From Thiohalospira sp. (lineage in GTDB: Bacteria; Bacteroidota; Bacteroidia; Bacteroidales; UBA12077): 64,000 nt of DNA. The stretch is from NCBI GenBank assembly GCA_046538755.1, contig JBKHIH010000007.1, positions 16,760-80,759 of the forward strand. The letters are read 5' to 3'. Both the position numbers and the translations under genes were made by a program. Positions 38,842 through 50,370 of the stretch are shown here, in pieces. Under the pieces are notes generated by a model. That model was given only the letters and a program-made list of their open reading frames with translations. It had not been told where the DNA came from and searched no databases. Positions within the stretch are counted from its first letter, which is position 1, and each line of letters begins with the position of its first letter.

Positions 38842-40577
38842 GCAGTGGTTTTTATTTTTTCAATCCAGCTTTTTACATCTTCCAAACCTGGGTTTTGTAA
38901 TCCCAATTTATGTTTTTTATTGGTTCCGCATAGTTTTTGGTGCAAAGCACCCGGATTTACATCTGCCATACTTTCAATGGTTAAATAACCTGATTTTTGA
39001 ACAACAGGGACCCACTCTTCCGGAATTCCAATTTCCATGTATTTTGCAGGCTCATCTTTTTGTGCTTTTTTCTCGGGCCGCATTTGAGGGAAAAATAGCA
39101 CATCCTGAATCGATGGCGAATTGGTCATTATCATTGTTAACCGGTCGATACCAATACCCAGCCCGGCTGTAGGCGGCATGCCATATTCAATGGCTTTCAA
39201 AAAATCTTCGTCTAATACCATTGCCTCTTCATCGCCTCGTTTACCTAAAATTAACTGCTGCTCGAAACGCTCGCGTTGGTCAATCGGGTCGTTCAACTCC
39301 GAATAGGCATTACAAATTTCTTTGCCGTTGCAAATGGCTTCGAAACGTTCAACAAGGCCATCCTTATTTCTGTGTTTTTTAGCCAATGGTGACATTTCTA
39401 TTGGATAATCGGTAATAAATGTTGGCTGGATGAGTTTCGACTCACATTTTTCACCGAAAATTTCATCAATAAGTTTTCCCTTACCCATGGTTTCATCAAT
39501 TTCCACGTCAAGTTTTTTGGCTGTTTCGGCTAGTTCTTTTTCATTCATCTCCGAAATATCTATTCCTGTAAATTCCTGAATAGCTTCAAACATAGTATAT
39601 CTTTTCCAAGGGCGTTTGAAATCAATCTCGTTTTGGCCTACTTTTACTTTGGTTGATCCATGTATATCGATGGCAATTTTTTCAACCATCTCTTCCACCA
39701 GATCCATCATCCAATTGTAGTCTTTATAGGCTACGTAAAGTTCCATTTGTGTAAATTCAGGATTGTGGAAACGGCTCATCCCTTCGTTGCGAAAATCTTT
39801 GGCAAATTCGTAAACACCATCAAAACCACCAACAATTAACCGTTTTAAGTACAATTCGTTTGCAATACGTAAGTATAATGTTTGGTCTAGCGTATTGTGA
39901 AAAGTTTTAAATGGACGTGCTGCTGCACCTCCATAAAGTGGTTGTAAAATAGGCGTTTCAACTTCAAGATAACCTTTGCTGTTTAAAAACTCACGCATTG
40001 AATTGGTAAGTTTTGTCCTTTTTACAAAAGCTTCTTTGGTAGAAGGATTAACAATTAAATCTAAATGACGTTGGCGGTAACGTTGCTCGGCATCGGAAAA
40101 TGCGTCATAAACCTTTCCGTCTTTTTCTTTTACAACAGGTAAAGGTTTTATTGATTTGCTTAAAAGTTTTAATTCTGTGGCATTTACAGAAGTTTCTCCA
40201 ACTTTAGTTACAAAAACATTTCCTTTAATACCAACAATATCACCAATATCTAAAAGCTTTTTAAATACAGTATTATAAAGTGTTTTATCTTCGTTAGGGC
40301 ATAAATTGTCTCGTTTAATATAAACCTGAATTTTTCCTTTATCGTCTTGTAATTCTATAAAAGAGGCATTGCCCATTATTCTGCGACTCATTATTCTGCC
40401 GGCAATACTTACTTCTAGAAAGTTATTCTTATCAGGACTATATTCTGATAAAATTTCTTGTGAATCAGTATTTGTTTCAAATTCTTCTGCAGGATAAGGA
40501 TTAATCCCTAACTTTCTCAACTCTTCTAACGACTGTCTGCGAATAACCTCTTGTTCGCTCAACTCTAAGTTCATCAT
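38838..40577 (-). CDS. lysS: Lysyl-tRNA synthetase class II with a Bacteroidota C-terminal extension
   Basis: [40 protein letters not shown]. Start at ATG 40577 or 40574. Confidence 0.96.
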   Translation of the reverse strand: MMNLELSEQEVIRRQSLEELRKLGINPYPAEEFETNTDSQEILSEYSPDKNNFLEVSIAGRIMSRRIMGNASFIELQDDKGKIQVYIKRDNLCPNEDKTLYNTVFKKLLDIGDIVGIKGNVFVTKVGETSVNATELKLLSKSIKPLPVVKEKDGKVYDAFSDAEQRYRQRHLDLIVNPSTKEAFVKRTKLTNSMREFLNSKGYLEVETPILQPLYGGAAARPFKTFHNTLDQTLYLRIANELYLKRLIVGGFDGVYEFAKDFRNEGMSRFHNPEFTQMELYVAYKDYNWMMDLVEEMVEKIAIDIHGSTKVKVGQNEIDFKRPWKRYTMFEAIQEFTGIDISEMNEKELAETAKKLDVEIDETMGKGKLIDEIFGEKCESKLIQPTFITDYPIEMSPLAKKHRNKDGLVERFEAICNGKEICNAYSELNDPIDQRERFEQQLILGKRGDEEAMVLDEDFLKAIEYGMPPTAGLGIGIDRLTMIMTNSPSIQDVLFFPQMRPEKKAQKDEPAKYMEIGIPEEWVPVVQKSGYLTIESMADVNPGALHQKLCGTNKKHKLGLQNPGLEDVKSWIEKIKTTA

Positions 40578-40839
40578 ATAATAATTTAATATTAATTGTA
40601 TTTGTAAAAAACGGTACAAAGATATAATTAAATCATTAATTAATGGATGTATAGATAAATCAATATGTTATTTTAAAACAAGTTGTTGTTGTAAAGGTTT
40701 TGGTATTGATGTAAAAGGCTGGTTTTTAGTGTTTTGGGATGTGTGATTTTGATTAAATCATAAATCATACCTGTTTTTATTTAGAATAATTTAATTTTGT
40801 ATTATCATTTAATTTTTGATAGATAAATATTCTGTAATT

Positions 40840-41715
40840 ATGGATTTAGTGAGGAAAAATAAGCGTAGATTGCCACAGTGGATGAAAATGCAGATGCCAA
40901 AGGGAGAGTCTTATTCTAAAGTAAAAAATATAGTTGAAAAATATCATTTACATACCATTTGCACCAGCGGCAATTGTCCGAATATAGGTGAGTGCTGGAA
41001 CAAAGGCACTGCAACTTTTATGATTTTAGGCGATATATGTACACGCTCGTGCAAGTTTTGTGGAGTACAAACAGGAAAACCTTTATCGCCTGATTGGGAT
41101 GAGCCTTACAGAATTGCTGAATCGGTTCGTTTAATGAATGTAAAACATTGCGTGATTACTTCTGTTGATCGTGATGATTTGGACGATGGAGGAGCTGCAT
41201 TTTGGGCAGAAACGATTAGAAAAATAAAAGAGGTTAATCCTGAAACAACTATAGAAGCACTTATTCCGGATTTTGACGGAGTAGAAGAATATATCCAAAA
41301 AGTAATTGATGCCAGGCCTGAAGTTATTTCACATAATCTGGAAACTACTGAAAGATTAACACCGCAAATTAGAACAAAAGCCCAATACAGAAGAAGCCTG
41401 GGTGTATTAAAATATATTGCACAGAAAGGTATTACGGCAAAATCTGGTATTATGCTCGGGCTTGGAGAAACCGAAGAAGAGATATTACAAACAATGGATG
41501 ATTTAATTGGTGTGAGATGTGATGTGATGACCATCGGACAATATTTAGCTCCATCGGTAAATCATATCCCAGTAAAGGAGTATATCTCTCCCGAAAAATT
41601 TGATGAATACCGTGAAATCGGATTAAAAAAAGGATTTCGTTTTGTTGAAAGCAGCCCTTTGGTAAGATCATCATACCAGGCAGAAAAACATGTAAAAAGC
41701 AAAGTAATTGAATAA
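40840..41715 (+). CDS. lipA: Lipoyl synthase
   Basis: CTSGNCPNIGEC (CX4CX5C), CTRSCKFC, RSSY. ATG 40840 preferred; TAATTTTG box at 40792-40799. Confidence 0.96.
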   Translation: MDLVRKNKRRLPQWMKMQMPKGESYSKVKNIVEKYHLHTICTSGNCPNIGECWNKGTATFMILGDICTRSCKFCGVQTGKPLSPDWDEPYRIAESVRLMNVKHCVITSVDRDDLDDGGAAFWAETIRKIKEVNPETTIEALIPDFDGVEEYIQKVIDARPEVISHNLETTERLTPQIRTKAQYRRSLGVLKYIAQKGITAKSGIMLGLGETEEEILQTMDDLIGVRCDVMTIGQYLAPSVNHIPVKEYISPEKFDEYREIGLKKGFRFVESSPLVRSSYQAEKHVKSKVIE

Positions 41716-41716
41716 G

Positions 41717-42433
41717 ATGGGAAAAATTGATGTTCAATATATAGATTTAGGTTTGATTGATTATAAAAAAGCCTGGGATTACCAGGAAGAGGTTTTTGCT
41801 AATTTTTTGCAAATCAAATCAAAAAACAGAGATTTACCAGAAAACGAACAAATTGCTATTGAAAATAAGTTGATATTTTGTGAGCATCCTCACGTTTATA
41901 CGCTTGGAAAAAGCGGACAGCAAAACAATTTGTTAATTAGTGATGAGCTTTTAAAAAAAATAGAGGCTACTTATTATAAAATTAACAGAGGTGGAGATAT
42001 TACATATCATGGCCCTGGACAGATTGTAGGATATCCGATTATCGACCTGGAGAGATTTAATTTGCAGGTGAAACAATATATTGCTAACTTGGAGCAATCA
42101 ATTATATTAACCCTGGATGAGTTTGGGATAAAAGCAGGAAGGTTAGAAGGAGCAACGGGTGTATGGTTGGATGGCGACAATTCCAGAGCCCGCAAAATTT
42201 GTGCTATAGGTGTTAAAGCAAGCCGGTTTATTACCATGCATGGTTTTGCATTTAATATTAACACTAATCTCGAATACTTTAATTACATTAATCCTTGTGG
42301 GTTTGTTGACAAAGGAGTAACATCAATGGAAAAGGAGTTGGGCAAAAAGATTGATTATGAAATAGTAAAAGATGTTTTAAAATCAAAAATTGCGAAAGTA
42401 TTCGGGATGAACCTTAAAAAGAAAAAAATATGA
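41717..42433 (+). CDS. lipB: Octanoyltransferase LipB
   Basis: CEHPHVYTLG, RGGDITYHGPGQ, KICAIG, HGFAFN, PCG. Confidence 0.95.
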   Translation: MGKIDVQYIDLGLIDYKKAWDYQEEVFANFLQIKSKNRDLPENEQIAIENKLIFCEHPHVYTLGKSGQQNNLLISDELLKKIEATYYKINRGGDITYHGPGQIVGYPIIDLERFNLQVKQYIANLEQSIILTLDEFGIKAGRLEGATGVWLDGDNSRARKICAIGVKASRFITMHGFAFNINTNLEYFNYINPCGFVDKGVTSMEKELGKKIDYEIVKDVLKSKIAKVFGMNLKKKKI

Positions 42434-42442
42434 AAACTATAT

Positions 42443-44173
42443 ATGGAAAAAAGATGGGTATTAAAACCGCAAGGCAATGAAAAAGATGTACAAAAATTAG
42501 CTAAAGAATTAAATATTGAGCCTGTTCTGGCAAACCTCTTGGTTCAAAGAGGGGTTAAAACATTTGAGCAGTCGAAAGCATTTTTTCGTCCTAGCCTTGA
42601 TAATCTGTACGATCCTTTTTTAATGAAGGATATGAACCTGGCCATTGAACGAATTGAAAAGGCCATACACAACAATGAAAACATTCTGATTTATGGAGAC
42701 TATGATGTTGATGGCACAACTTCTGTAGCCCTTGTATATACTTTTTTAAAAAGCATTTACCCTAATGTTGGATATTACGTCCCTGACAGGTATAGCGAAG
42801 GTTATGGGATTTCTTTACAAGGCATACAGCATGCCCAGGAAAATAATTATTCGTTAATTATTGCCCTGGATTGTGGAATTAAGGCAAACGAGAAGATTAA
42901 ATATGCCAAAAAGCAAGGCATAGATTTTATTATTTGTGACCATCATTATCCTGGGAGTGAATTACCTGTTGCAGCAGCTGTTCTTGATCCTAAACGTAGC
43001 GATTGTAATTACCCCTTTAAAGAACTATCCGGATGTGGAGTAGGTTTTAAGCTTATTCAGGCTTTTGCCCGGACAAATAATATACCGTTTGAAAAATTAA
43101 TTACTTATCTTGATCTTGTTGTAGTGAGCATTGCATCGGATATTGTTCCAATAGTTGATGAAAACCGAATTTTAGCTCACTTTGGATTAATACAGCTAAA
43201 CGAAAAACCCAGGCAGGGATTAAAATCAATAATTAAACTTTCAGGTTTATCCGGAAAGACGATCAATATTGATGATATTGTTTTTAAAATCGGGCCACGG
43301 ATTAATGCAGCCGGTAGAATGGAGTCTGCTGATAAAGCGGTTGAATTATTATTATCAAATAATTCGGCAAAAGCGAAAACAGCTGCCAACAGTGTAAATT
43401 TTTTTAATGATGCCAGGAAAAATATTGATCGGCACATTACCCAGGAAGCCTTAAGAATGTTAGCCAGGGAGCAGGAAATGGGCGAAAGGAAAACAACCGT
43501 ATTATATAATTCCGAATGGCATAAAGGAGTTGTGGGTATTGTAGCTTCGCGATTAATTGAAACTTATTACAGGCCAACAGTTATTTTAACATCATCAAAT
43601 GGATTGGCTACCGGCTCAGCCAGGTCTGTCGCAGGGTTTGATATTTACCAGGCAATTGAAGCTTGTAGCGATTTGTTAGATAATTTTGGCGGGCATATGT
43701 ATGCAGCCGGTTTAACAATGCAAATAGATAAAATCGATGAGTTTCGCAATCGCTTTGAAAAAGTAGTAAGCGAAAAAATCATGGAAGAACAGCTTATTCC
43801 TCAGGTAGAAATAGATGCTGAACTAAAGCTTAGTGATATTACTCCCAGGTTTTATCGCATTTTAAAACAGTTTCAACCATTTGGCCCTGAAAATATGGCG
43901 CCGGTTTTTGTAACCCGCGATGTAGCCGATAATGGTGAAGGTAGGATTGTTGGCGTAAGTAAAGAACACCTTAAACTATCGATTATTCAGGAGAATGATC
44001 CTTTTAAGAATTATGCTGCCATCGCTTTTCAACAGGCTAATCTTTATGAATATATACATTCGGGAGATTTTTTCGATATTTGTTACTCAGTGGATGAAAA
44101 TTGCTTTAGGGGTATTACTACTTTACAACTAAATATTAAGGATATGAAAGTAAGAAAAAAACAGGATATTTAG
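42443..44173 (+). CDS. recJ: Single-stranded-DNA-specific exonuclease RecJ
   Basis: YGDYDVDG, DCG, DHH, GPRINAAGR, GSARS, GGHMYAAG, PFGPEN. Confidence 0.96.
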   Translation: MEKRWVLKPQGNEKDVQKLAKELNIEPVLANLLVQRGVKTFEQSKAFFRPSLDNLYDPFLMKDMNLAIERIEKAIHNNENILIYGDYDVDGTTSVALVYTFLKSIYPNVGYYVPDRYSEGYGISLQGIQHAQENNYSLIIALDCGIKANEKIKYAKKQGIDFIICDHHYPGSELPVAAAVLDPKRSDCNYPFKELSGCGVGFKLIQAFARTNNIPFEKLITYLDLVVVSIASDIVPIVDENRILAHFGLIQLNEKPRQGLKSIIKLSGLSGKTINIDDIVFKIGPRINAAGRMESADKAVELLLSNNSAKAKTAANSVNFFNDARKNIDRHITQEALRMLAREQEMGERKTTVLYNSEWHKGVVGIVASRLIETYYRPTVILTSSNGLATGSARSVAGFDIYQAIEACSDLLDNFGGHMYAAGLTMQIDKIDEFRNRFEKVVSEKIMEEQLIPQVEIDAELKLSDITPRFYRILKQFQPFGPENMAPVFVTRDVADNGEGRIVGVSKEHLKLSIIQENDPFKNYAAIAFQQANLYEYIHSGDFFDICYSVDENCFRGITTLQLNIKDMKVRKKQDI

Positions 44174-46263
44174 AATTTTATCCGTAACTGGGCTTTTATT
44201 TCCGATTTAGTATTTCCATTAATTTGATTTAAACCAGACGAGATTATATCTTTATCTGCATAGTATGTTTGCGAATACTTTATCCATAAGTCAACAAATC
44301 CGGAGATGGTATATTTCAGGTTAAAATAAAAACGGGTACCTTTGGAATAATATGCTGGTATTGAAAAAGCATACAATATATCACTTTCGTAAGCATAAAT
44401 CCTTGTGTTATACGATTCGGTATCAAAAACTGCAAAACGTGTATTTAGTGATAAAGGAATTTTTTTCAAATCATAAAAAATATCCTGGTAAACCATATAC
44501 CCCTATTCTGCACGATTACTGCCTTCTTGATATTTTGTAGATTCAATTCTGTTTTTAATAGTGAGCTGTTTGTTTATTTGATATATTAGGTGGAGCCGGG
44601 TTTTTAAGAGTTTTTCTTCAATCAACTGGTCGATTCCTGTTTCTGCATTTTCATTCTTTTGTTTAACTTCATTTTTAACTCTTAAGTAAATGCTAAAATC
44701 CCGGCTTGGATTATAATCAGTTTGTAAAAACCACTCATTGCCATTCGATGGAGCATCTACCCCGGTTTTTAACCACAAAAACCGATAGGTGTCGAAATAA
44801 GATATTATTGTCCAGTGTTTTATCGGATGAACTTCAAGCCCGAAATATAACCCTGATTCGTTATTTACATTGCTGGTTTCGCCAAATGCATTGCTATAGT
44901 TTGCCTGGTAATTTATGTCATAATGCCTGTGTAAAACCGACATTGAAATTTGTGGAGCCAAATTGACAAGCATGCTGTTTAAAAATGCTTTCCCTCCATT
45001 TTGGCTTATTGCTTCTTCGCCAAAAAAATACAAATCCCTGATACTGAACTGGTAATCAAGGCTGATGTTGGCATTCTCAGTTCCACGAAAAGTAAATTGA
45101 TTTTCGGGTGTTATATCTTTTATTAAAGTAGTTCCATATTTATAGTATACTCCAGTAACTCCTAATTTAAAATTTTTATGATTATAAGAAATATTCCCTC
45201 CTGCGATATTCTCTGAAATTGCGTTTTTATCTTCCAGTTGAGACGGAGTTGCATGAATTCCTGAGTTTTGAAATGATGTTACGGTAGCGATCTCATTATC
45301 AACACTGTCCTGAATGTTGGCATCTATATTTTTATAGGAGAAAAAGGCTGAGATATCAAAGTTTTTTATAGCAACTGTTGTTCCTGCACCACGCATAAAT
45401 ACATTTTCGTTTGTAGATGAGTATTTTCTCAAACCTTGTGCTCTTTTTCTAATGTTTAATACATAAGGTGATTTTCCCATGCCAAAATCCGACCAAAGGA
45501 TCAATCCTTGTCCAAATTTAGCTTCAAAATCTCCCAGCGTTATAGTTTTAAAAACTCCAATATTGTTTAGCTGTAAGTGAACAGAATAGTAATCAAAACC
45601 ATTTTTATTGCTTCCTTTAAAAAATTCTTCGCCAGGATCTTTTTCTGCTGTAAATCCAAAATATATTTTGTCTCTGTATTGAAATTTATAGCGAGTATAA
45701 ATCCTGTATGAACTTCCCAAATATCTTGAGTTAGGACTGGCTGCAAGGGCTGAATCGGAAATGGAACTATAACCAATCTGTTCTTCTAAAACATCCTGCC
45801 CCCGAATAAAAATCTGGTTATTCCCGTATTTTAGCACGTTTTTGAGCGATGTTTTACGTTCGGAAATTTCTTCAGAAACTGTTATAAAAGGTAAAATCAT
45901 ATCAATATCATCAAAAGAAAACCCGTGCACAAGCTGTAATTCATAGATGGAAACCATTTTACCGTTTCTGGCAATATAGTCTTGAAGGCTTTTTATTTGA
46001 AAGTCATTTAGGATTTGAAGTTTTTCGAGGTCTTCCTGTGTTGCAGTATTTAAATTTAAAGGATTGTAAAGGTAGTAGTTTAAATCATCGTAAAGTGTTG
46101 TATAATCAAGTTCTTCATCGGTTGATTCGGCTATTTCTTCAATCAGGTCTTCCAGAGTTTGTTTAGTATAAGGTTCGGTTTGAGCAATCGCTGAATTGCT
46201 GGTAATTGCCAGAAGAGTTAAAAATAAAATAATATTTAAATAGTTTTTTGACTTAAAAACCAT
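44170..46263 (-). pseudogene. ComEA-like helix-hairpin-helix outer-membrane protein interrupted by one in-frame TAG (44503-44505)
   Basis: Signal peptide, PLNLNTATQEDLEKLQIL and ELQLVHGF HhH motifs, beta-strand-rich body. The 586-aa and 108-aa ORFs share one frame (..GAA TAG GGG TAT ATG..), ending in barrel-type QLRIKF. Confidence 0.7.
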
Positions 46264-47071
46264 AACTTAGTGTAAATGAGGGTGTAAATCCAAGTGTTTG
46301 ATGTTTAAAAAAACCTACATGAGCATTAATGTTTATATAATGGAAACCTATTCCAAACGAATACCTGGCAGGATTAGTAGAAATACCTGCCTGTAGCGAC
46401 ACATAATCTATTAGTTGATAGTTTAACCCAGCTTTGAAAATAGCATCGTGTTTAAGGTCTTTTTCGGTTTCAATGCCAAAAAAAACTTTATCTGAAAATA
46501 AATATCCAGCGCCTAGTTTAAAAATTGTAGGGATGTTTTCGTCACCAATTTTACTTCTTGAGGGATTATATACATGTGCACCGATAAATAGATTTTCTAT
46601 GGGTTGTGAAAGGATACCCACTTCGAAATTTACAGTATTTGTGGAACCATAATTATCGGCAATTTTTGTACTTAAATAATTAATTTGCAAGCCAGCGGCA
46701 AAATACTGCGTAAATGAACGGCCAAATGCAAGTCCTGCCTGCATTTCGTTATATTGCGAAAAACCAAAATAAGAGTAAGATGCAGCTAAGGTTCCGGTTT
46801 TTGTTGGAAATGCAAAACCAACTCCTTGTGTGTTTTGTTGTTTTATAAATCCCGATTGATGAAAAATACCAACAGATATATCATTTAAATATCCCAGTCC
46901 TGCCTGGTTATGGTAAACAGACCAAATATCCGATATAACAACTGATGTATTGCTCATTGCTGCCGATTTTCCTGCTTCAATTTTTAGATTTTGGGCATAA
47001 GATTTATTTAGCCAACAGAATAAGCCTATTATAATTAAGAATTTAATCTTTATGGAGTGTTTTGTTGTCAT
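46253..47071 (-). CDS. Outer-membrane beta-barrel protein, PorV/FadL-like
   Basis: Signal peptide ending SYA|Q, AAMSNT..WSVYHNQAGL, alternating beta-strand pattern, C-terminal SYGF. Confidence 0.7.
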   Translation of the reverse strand: MTTKHSIKIKFLIIIGLFCWLNKSYAQNLKIEAGKSAAMSNTSVVISDIWSVYHNQAGLGYLNDISVGIFHQSGFIKQQNTQGVGFAFPTKTGTLAASYSYFGFSQYNEMQAGLAFGRSFTQYFAAGLQINYLSTKIADNYGSTNTVNFEVGILSQPIENLFIGAHVYNPSRSKIGDENIPTIFKLGAGYLFSDKVFFGIETEKDLKHDAIFKAGLNYQLIDYVSLQAGISTNPARYSFGIGFHYININAHVGFFKHQTLGFTPSFTLSYGF

Positions 47072-47246
47072 TGGGTTGATATTTCATTCTAAAACAGGGT
47101 ATGAAGATACAATTATAATTTTTTTTTTTTGAAATTGTTCATTTTATTGTTGATATCTTTTTGCTTACTAATGCTAAACTTAACAGAAATTAAACAATTA
47201 CTTAAGATTTATTCTTCAATTTAGCTCTATATAAAAACAATAAAGT

Positions 47247-47423
47247 ATGGAAAATTTAGATTTATTAGAAGTAAGCCCGAGTCAAGCTTTTGACAGAATT
47301 CAAAGTTTGCGCGAAAAGGTTCATCTTGATTTTGCCTCTCATCAGGAAATTGAAGAATTAAATGAGCTGGAAAATATTTTCCAGGAAAATATAGATGAAT
47401 TTCAGAGTGAGTTTTGGGAATAG
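47247..47423 (+). CDS. Small acidic hypothetical protein (58 aa; below the ORF-track cutoff)
   Basis: ATG 47247 to TAG 47423: MENLDLLEVSPSQAFDRIQSLREKVHLDFASHQEIEELNELENIFQENIDEFQSEFWE; A-rich initiation region; fills an otherwise empty gap. Confidence 0.55.
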   Translation: MENLDLLEVSPSQAFDRIQSLREKVHLDFASHQEIEELNELENIFQENIDEFQSEFWE

Positions 47424-47515
47424 TAAAAGATGATCTTAGCGAATACTTAATTGGTTATTAAAAATAATAGCTCTAAAAATATTTTGTGTTTAATGTGCCG
47501 TTGATAAAAAAGTAA

Positions 47516-47545
47516 AAAATCCGAAGGTTTAACCTTTCGGATTTT
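47516..47545. terminator. Probable bidirectional terminator downstream of purE and the small ORF
   Basis: AAAATCCGAAGG/CCTTTCGGATTTT inverted repeat with one bulge. Confidence 0.7.
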
Positions 47546-47584
47546 AAATTTTAATGTCTATCAATCCTATAAAAAAGATTGATT

Positions 47585-48091
47585 TTAGTTGGTTTTATAT
47601 TCGAATTTAACTTTCGACAGCTCCTCGTTGGCCTTCACAATTTTCGTTTTCAGGTTGTTTTTGTAATCCACCAAAACATCTTTAAGTTTTTTGTCGCCGG
47701 CAGCAAGTATTTGAGCAGCTAAAATGCCTGCGTTTTGTGCTCCGTTAATTCCTACGGTAGCAACGGGTATTCCGGGAGGCATTTGAACTATGGCTAATAA
47801 AGAATCCATGCCATCTAACGAAGCATTTATAGGTACACCAATTACCGGAAGGGTTGTCATTGCTGCAATAACACCTGGTAAATGTGCCGCCATACCTGCA
47901 CCTGCAATAATTACTTCTATTCCACGGCCTTTTGCTCCTTTAGCAAATTTTTCCACTTCTTCGGGTGTTCGATGTGCCGATAAAGCATTTATTTCGAAAG
48001 GAATTTTAAAATCATTCAAAACTTTTGCTGCTTTTTCCATAACTGGCAGGTCTGATGTGCTGCCCATAATAATACTTACTTTTGCTTTCAT
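47585..48091 (-). CDS. purE: N5-CAIR mutase
   Basis: IIMGSTSD, SAHRTP, AGAGMAAHLPG, PVIGVP, QMPPGIPVATV. Confidence 0.97.
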   Translation of the reverse strand: MKAKVSIIMGSTSDLPVMEKAAKVLNDFKIPFEINALSAHRTPEEVEKFAKGAKGRGIEVIIAGAGMAAHLPGVIAAMTTLPVIGVPINASLDGMDSLLAIVQMPPGIPVATVGINGAQNAGILAAQILAAGDKKLKDVLVDYKNNLKTKIVKANEELSKVKFEYKTN

Positions 48092-48251
48092 ACCAATATT
48101 AAATTTTTAAAATGTATTAAAATTATATTTATCACTTTAATTTGTATTTTTGCAGAATATTTTAGCGATTACAAAGGTAAGAAATAAACGTAAATTATAA
48201 GAAAAATGTTCATGTAGCTAAGCATGTCCCGAAAAAAGAATAAGGTTAAAA

Positions 48252-48791
48252 ATGAAGCAGGTTCAATTAAAAGACAAAGTTTTTGAAGTTTCTATTTCAT
48301 CAGAAAAAGTTCAAGAAATAGTTACTAAAATTGCTAATAAATTAAATCAGGATTATAAAGATAAACAGATTCCGCTTTTTATAAGTGTACTAAATGGATC
48401 TTTTATGTTTACTGCCGATTTATTAAAACAAATTAATTTCGATTGTGAAATATCTTTTTTAAAGCTATCTTCTTACCAGGGAACCTCAACAACAGGAAGT
48501 GTCAAGCAGTTAATTGGAATCAACGAAAAAATAGCCGGGCGAGATGTGATTGTTCTTGAAGATATTGTTGATACTGGCATTACCTTAGAACAAATTGTAA
48601 AAGAACTAAATAAATTCGGAGCTTCTAGCGTTAAAATCACCACCCTTCTTTTAAAACCCGAAGCTTATAATAAAGATATTGCCATTGATTATGTAGGGAT
48701 GGAAATTCCTAATGATTTTATTATAGGATATGGCCTGGATTACGATGGCCTGGGAAGAAACCTGCCAGATATATATACCCTAAAAAGCTAA
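48252..48791 (+). CDS. hpt: Hypoxanthine phosphoribosyltransferase
   Basis: VLNGSFMF, VLEDIVDTGIT, FIIGYGLDY..GRNL; TATTTTTG box at 48145-48152. Confidence 0.95.
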   Translation: MKQVQLKDKVFEVSISSEKVQEIVTKIANKLNQDYKDKQIPLFISVLNGSFMFTADLLKQINFDCEISFLKLSSYQGTSTTGSVKQLIGINEKIAGRDVIVLEDIVDTGITLEQIVKELNKFGASSVKITTLLLKPEAYNKDIAIDYVGMEIPNDFIIGYGLDYDGLGRNLPDIYTLKS

Positions 48792-48798
48792 TTTCCTT

Positions 48799-49374
48799 AT
48801 GCTAAATATTGTTTTATTTGGCCCGCCAGGGGCAGGGAAAGGTACGCAATCAAAAAAAATTATTTCAAAATACGGATTAAAGCATATTTCTACCGGAGAG
48901 ATACTGCGCAAAGCAATTGCAGAAAAAACTCCGTTAGGTATTGAAGCAAAGAAACATATTGATAAAGGATATTATGTTCCGGATGAAATGGCTATTGATA
49001 TTATTAAATTAGAATTAGATAAATATCCGTATGCCAGAGGTTTTATTTTTGATGGTTTCCCACGTACTATAAATCAGGCAAATCAGCTTGAAAAAATTTT
49101 ATCAGTAATTAATGCAAAAATAAATGTAATGATTTCTCTCGAAACCGACGAGAAAGTAATTATCAGGCGTTTAACCCATAGGTATAATAATTCAGGAAGG
49201 CCTGATGATCAAAGCTTAGATATTATAAAAAAAAGGATAACTATTTATCATGCCAATACTAGCATTTTGAAAGATTATTACAAATCAAAGGGAAAATGCG
49301 AATTGGTTTGTGGAATTGGAGAAATTGATGTTATCTTTGATAAAATTTGTTCAATCATTGAAAGGTATAAATAA
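48799..49374 (+). CDS. adk: Adenylate kinase (short, LID-less type)
   Basis: FGPPGAGKGTQ, HISTGEILR, FDGFPRT, GRPDD. Confidence 0.93.
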   Translation: MLNIVLFGPPGAGKGTQSKKIISKYGLKHISTGEILRKAIAEKTPLGIEAKKHIDKGYYVPDEMAIDIIKLELDKYPYARGFIFDGFPRTINQANQLEKILSVINAKINVMISLETDEKVIIRRLTHRYNNSGRPDDQSLDIIKKRITIYHANTSILKDYYKSKGKCELVCGIGEIDVIFDKICSIIERYK

Positions 49375-50370
49375 ATGGCAGGCTCTAATTTTGTTGATTA
49401 TGTAAAAATATTTTTTCGCTCTGGTAAAGGAGGGGCAGGGTCTACACACTTACATCGCGAAAAGTTTGTGCCTAAAGGAGGCCCTGACGGTGGAGATGGT
49501 GGCCGTGGCGGACATATTATCCTTAAAGGGAATGATCAATTATGGACTCTGTTACATTTAAAATATCAAAAACATATTTTTGCAACAAGCGGACAAGCTG
49601 GAGGAAGTGCTCAGCGGACAGGGGCAGACGGGAAAGATGTTATTGTAGAAGTTCCTTTAGGAACCATTGCTAAAGATGCAGAAACGGATGAAGAGATCGC
49701 TGAAATTACTGAAGATAAGCAAGTTCAAGTATTGCTCGAAGGAGGACGGGGAGGCTTGGGAAATACCCATTTTAAATCATCAACTAACCAAACGCCAAGA
49801 TATGCACAGCCGGGCGAGGATGGGAAAGAAGGGTGGTTTATTCTGGAATTAAAAATATTGGCCGATGTAGGGTTGGTTGGATTTCCTAATGCAGGAAAAT
49901 CCACATTGCTTTCTGTTGTGTCGGCAGCAAAACCCAAAATTGCCGATTATCCGTTTACAACACTTGTGCCAAACCTGGGAATAGTACAATACCGCGACAT
50001 GCAATCGTTTGTTATGGCCGATATCCCGGGAATAATCGAAGGTGCTCATGAAGGAAAAGGCCTCGGGCATCGATTCCTGAGGCATATTGAGCGAAATGCA
50101 ATGCTCCTTTTTATGGTGCCTTGCGACAGTGATGATATTCATGCCGAATATAAAACCCTTATTTCTGAAATTGAAAAATATAATCCTGAATTATTGGATA
50201 AAAAAAGATTATTGGCAATTACAAAATCTGATATGCTCGACGATGAGCTGATGCAGGAAATGAAAAAGGATTTACCGCAAATTCCTTTTATCTTTATTTC
50301 GTCGGTGGCACAAAAAGGAATTCAGGAATTAAAAGATATGATTTGGAAACAACTTCATTCAAATGAGTAG
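49375..50370 (+). CDS. obgE: GTPase ObgE
   Basis: [37 protein letters not shown]. Confidence 0.97.
   Translation: MAGSNFVDYVKIFFRSGKGGAGSTHLHREKFVPKGGPDGGDGGRGGHIILKGNDQLWTLLHLKYQKHIFATSGQAGGSAQRTGADGKDVIVEVPLGTIAKDAETDEEIAEITEDKQVQVLLEGGRGGLGNTHFKSSTNQTPRYAQPGEDGKEGWFILELKILADVGLVGFPNAGKSTLLSVVSAAKPKIADYPFTTLVPNLGIVQYRDMQSFVMADIPGIIEGAHEGKGLGHRFLRHIERNAMLLFMVPCDSDDIHAEYKTLISEIEKYNPELLDKKRLLAITKSDMLDDELMQEMKKDLPQIPFIFISSVAQKGIQELKDMIWKQLHSNE

Noticed and set aside
38838-39070. Extra C-terminal domain on LysS
   Set aside because: A known feature of Bacteroidota LysS (DUF4332-like), not novel.
44503-44505. Genome-wide amber recoding (pyrrolysine or code reassignment)
   Set aside because: TAG ends intact genes at natural positions in this window (amrS 9068, ArcE-like 31823, parE 59107), and no pyl genes are seen.
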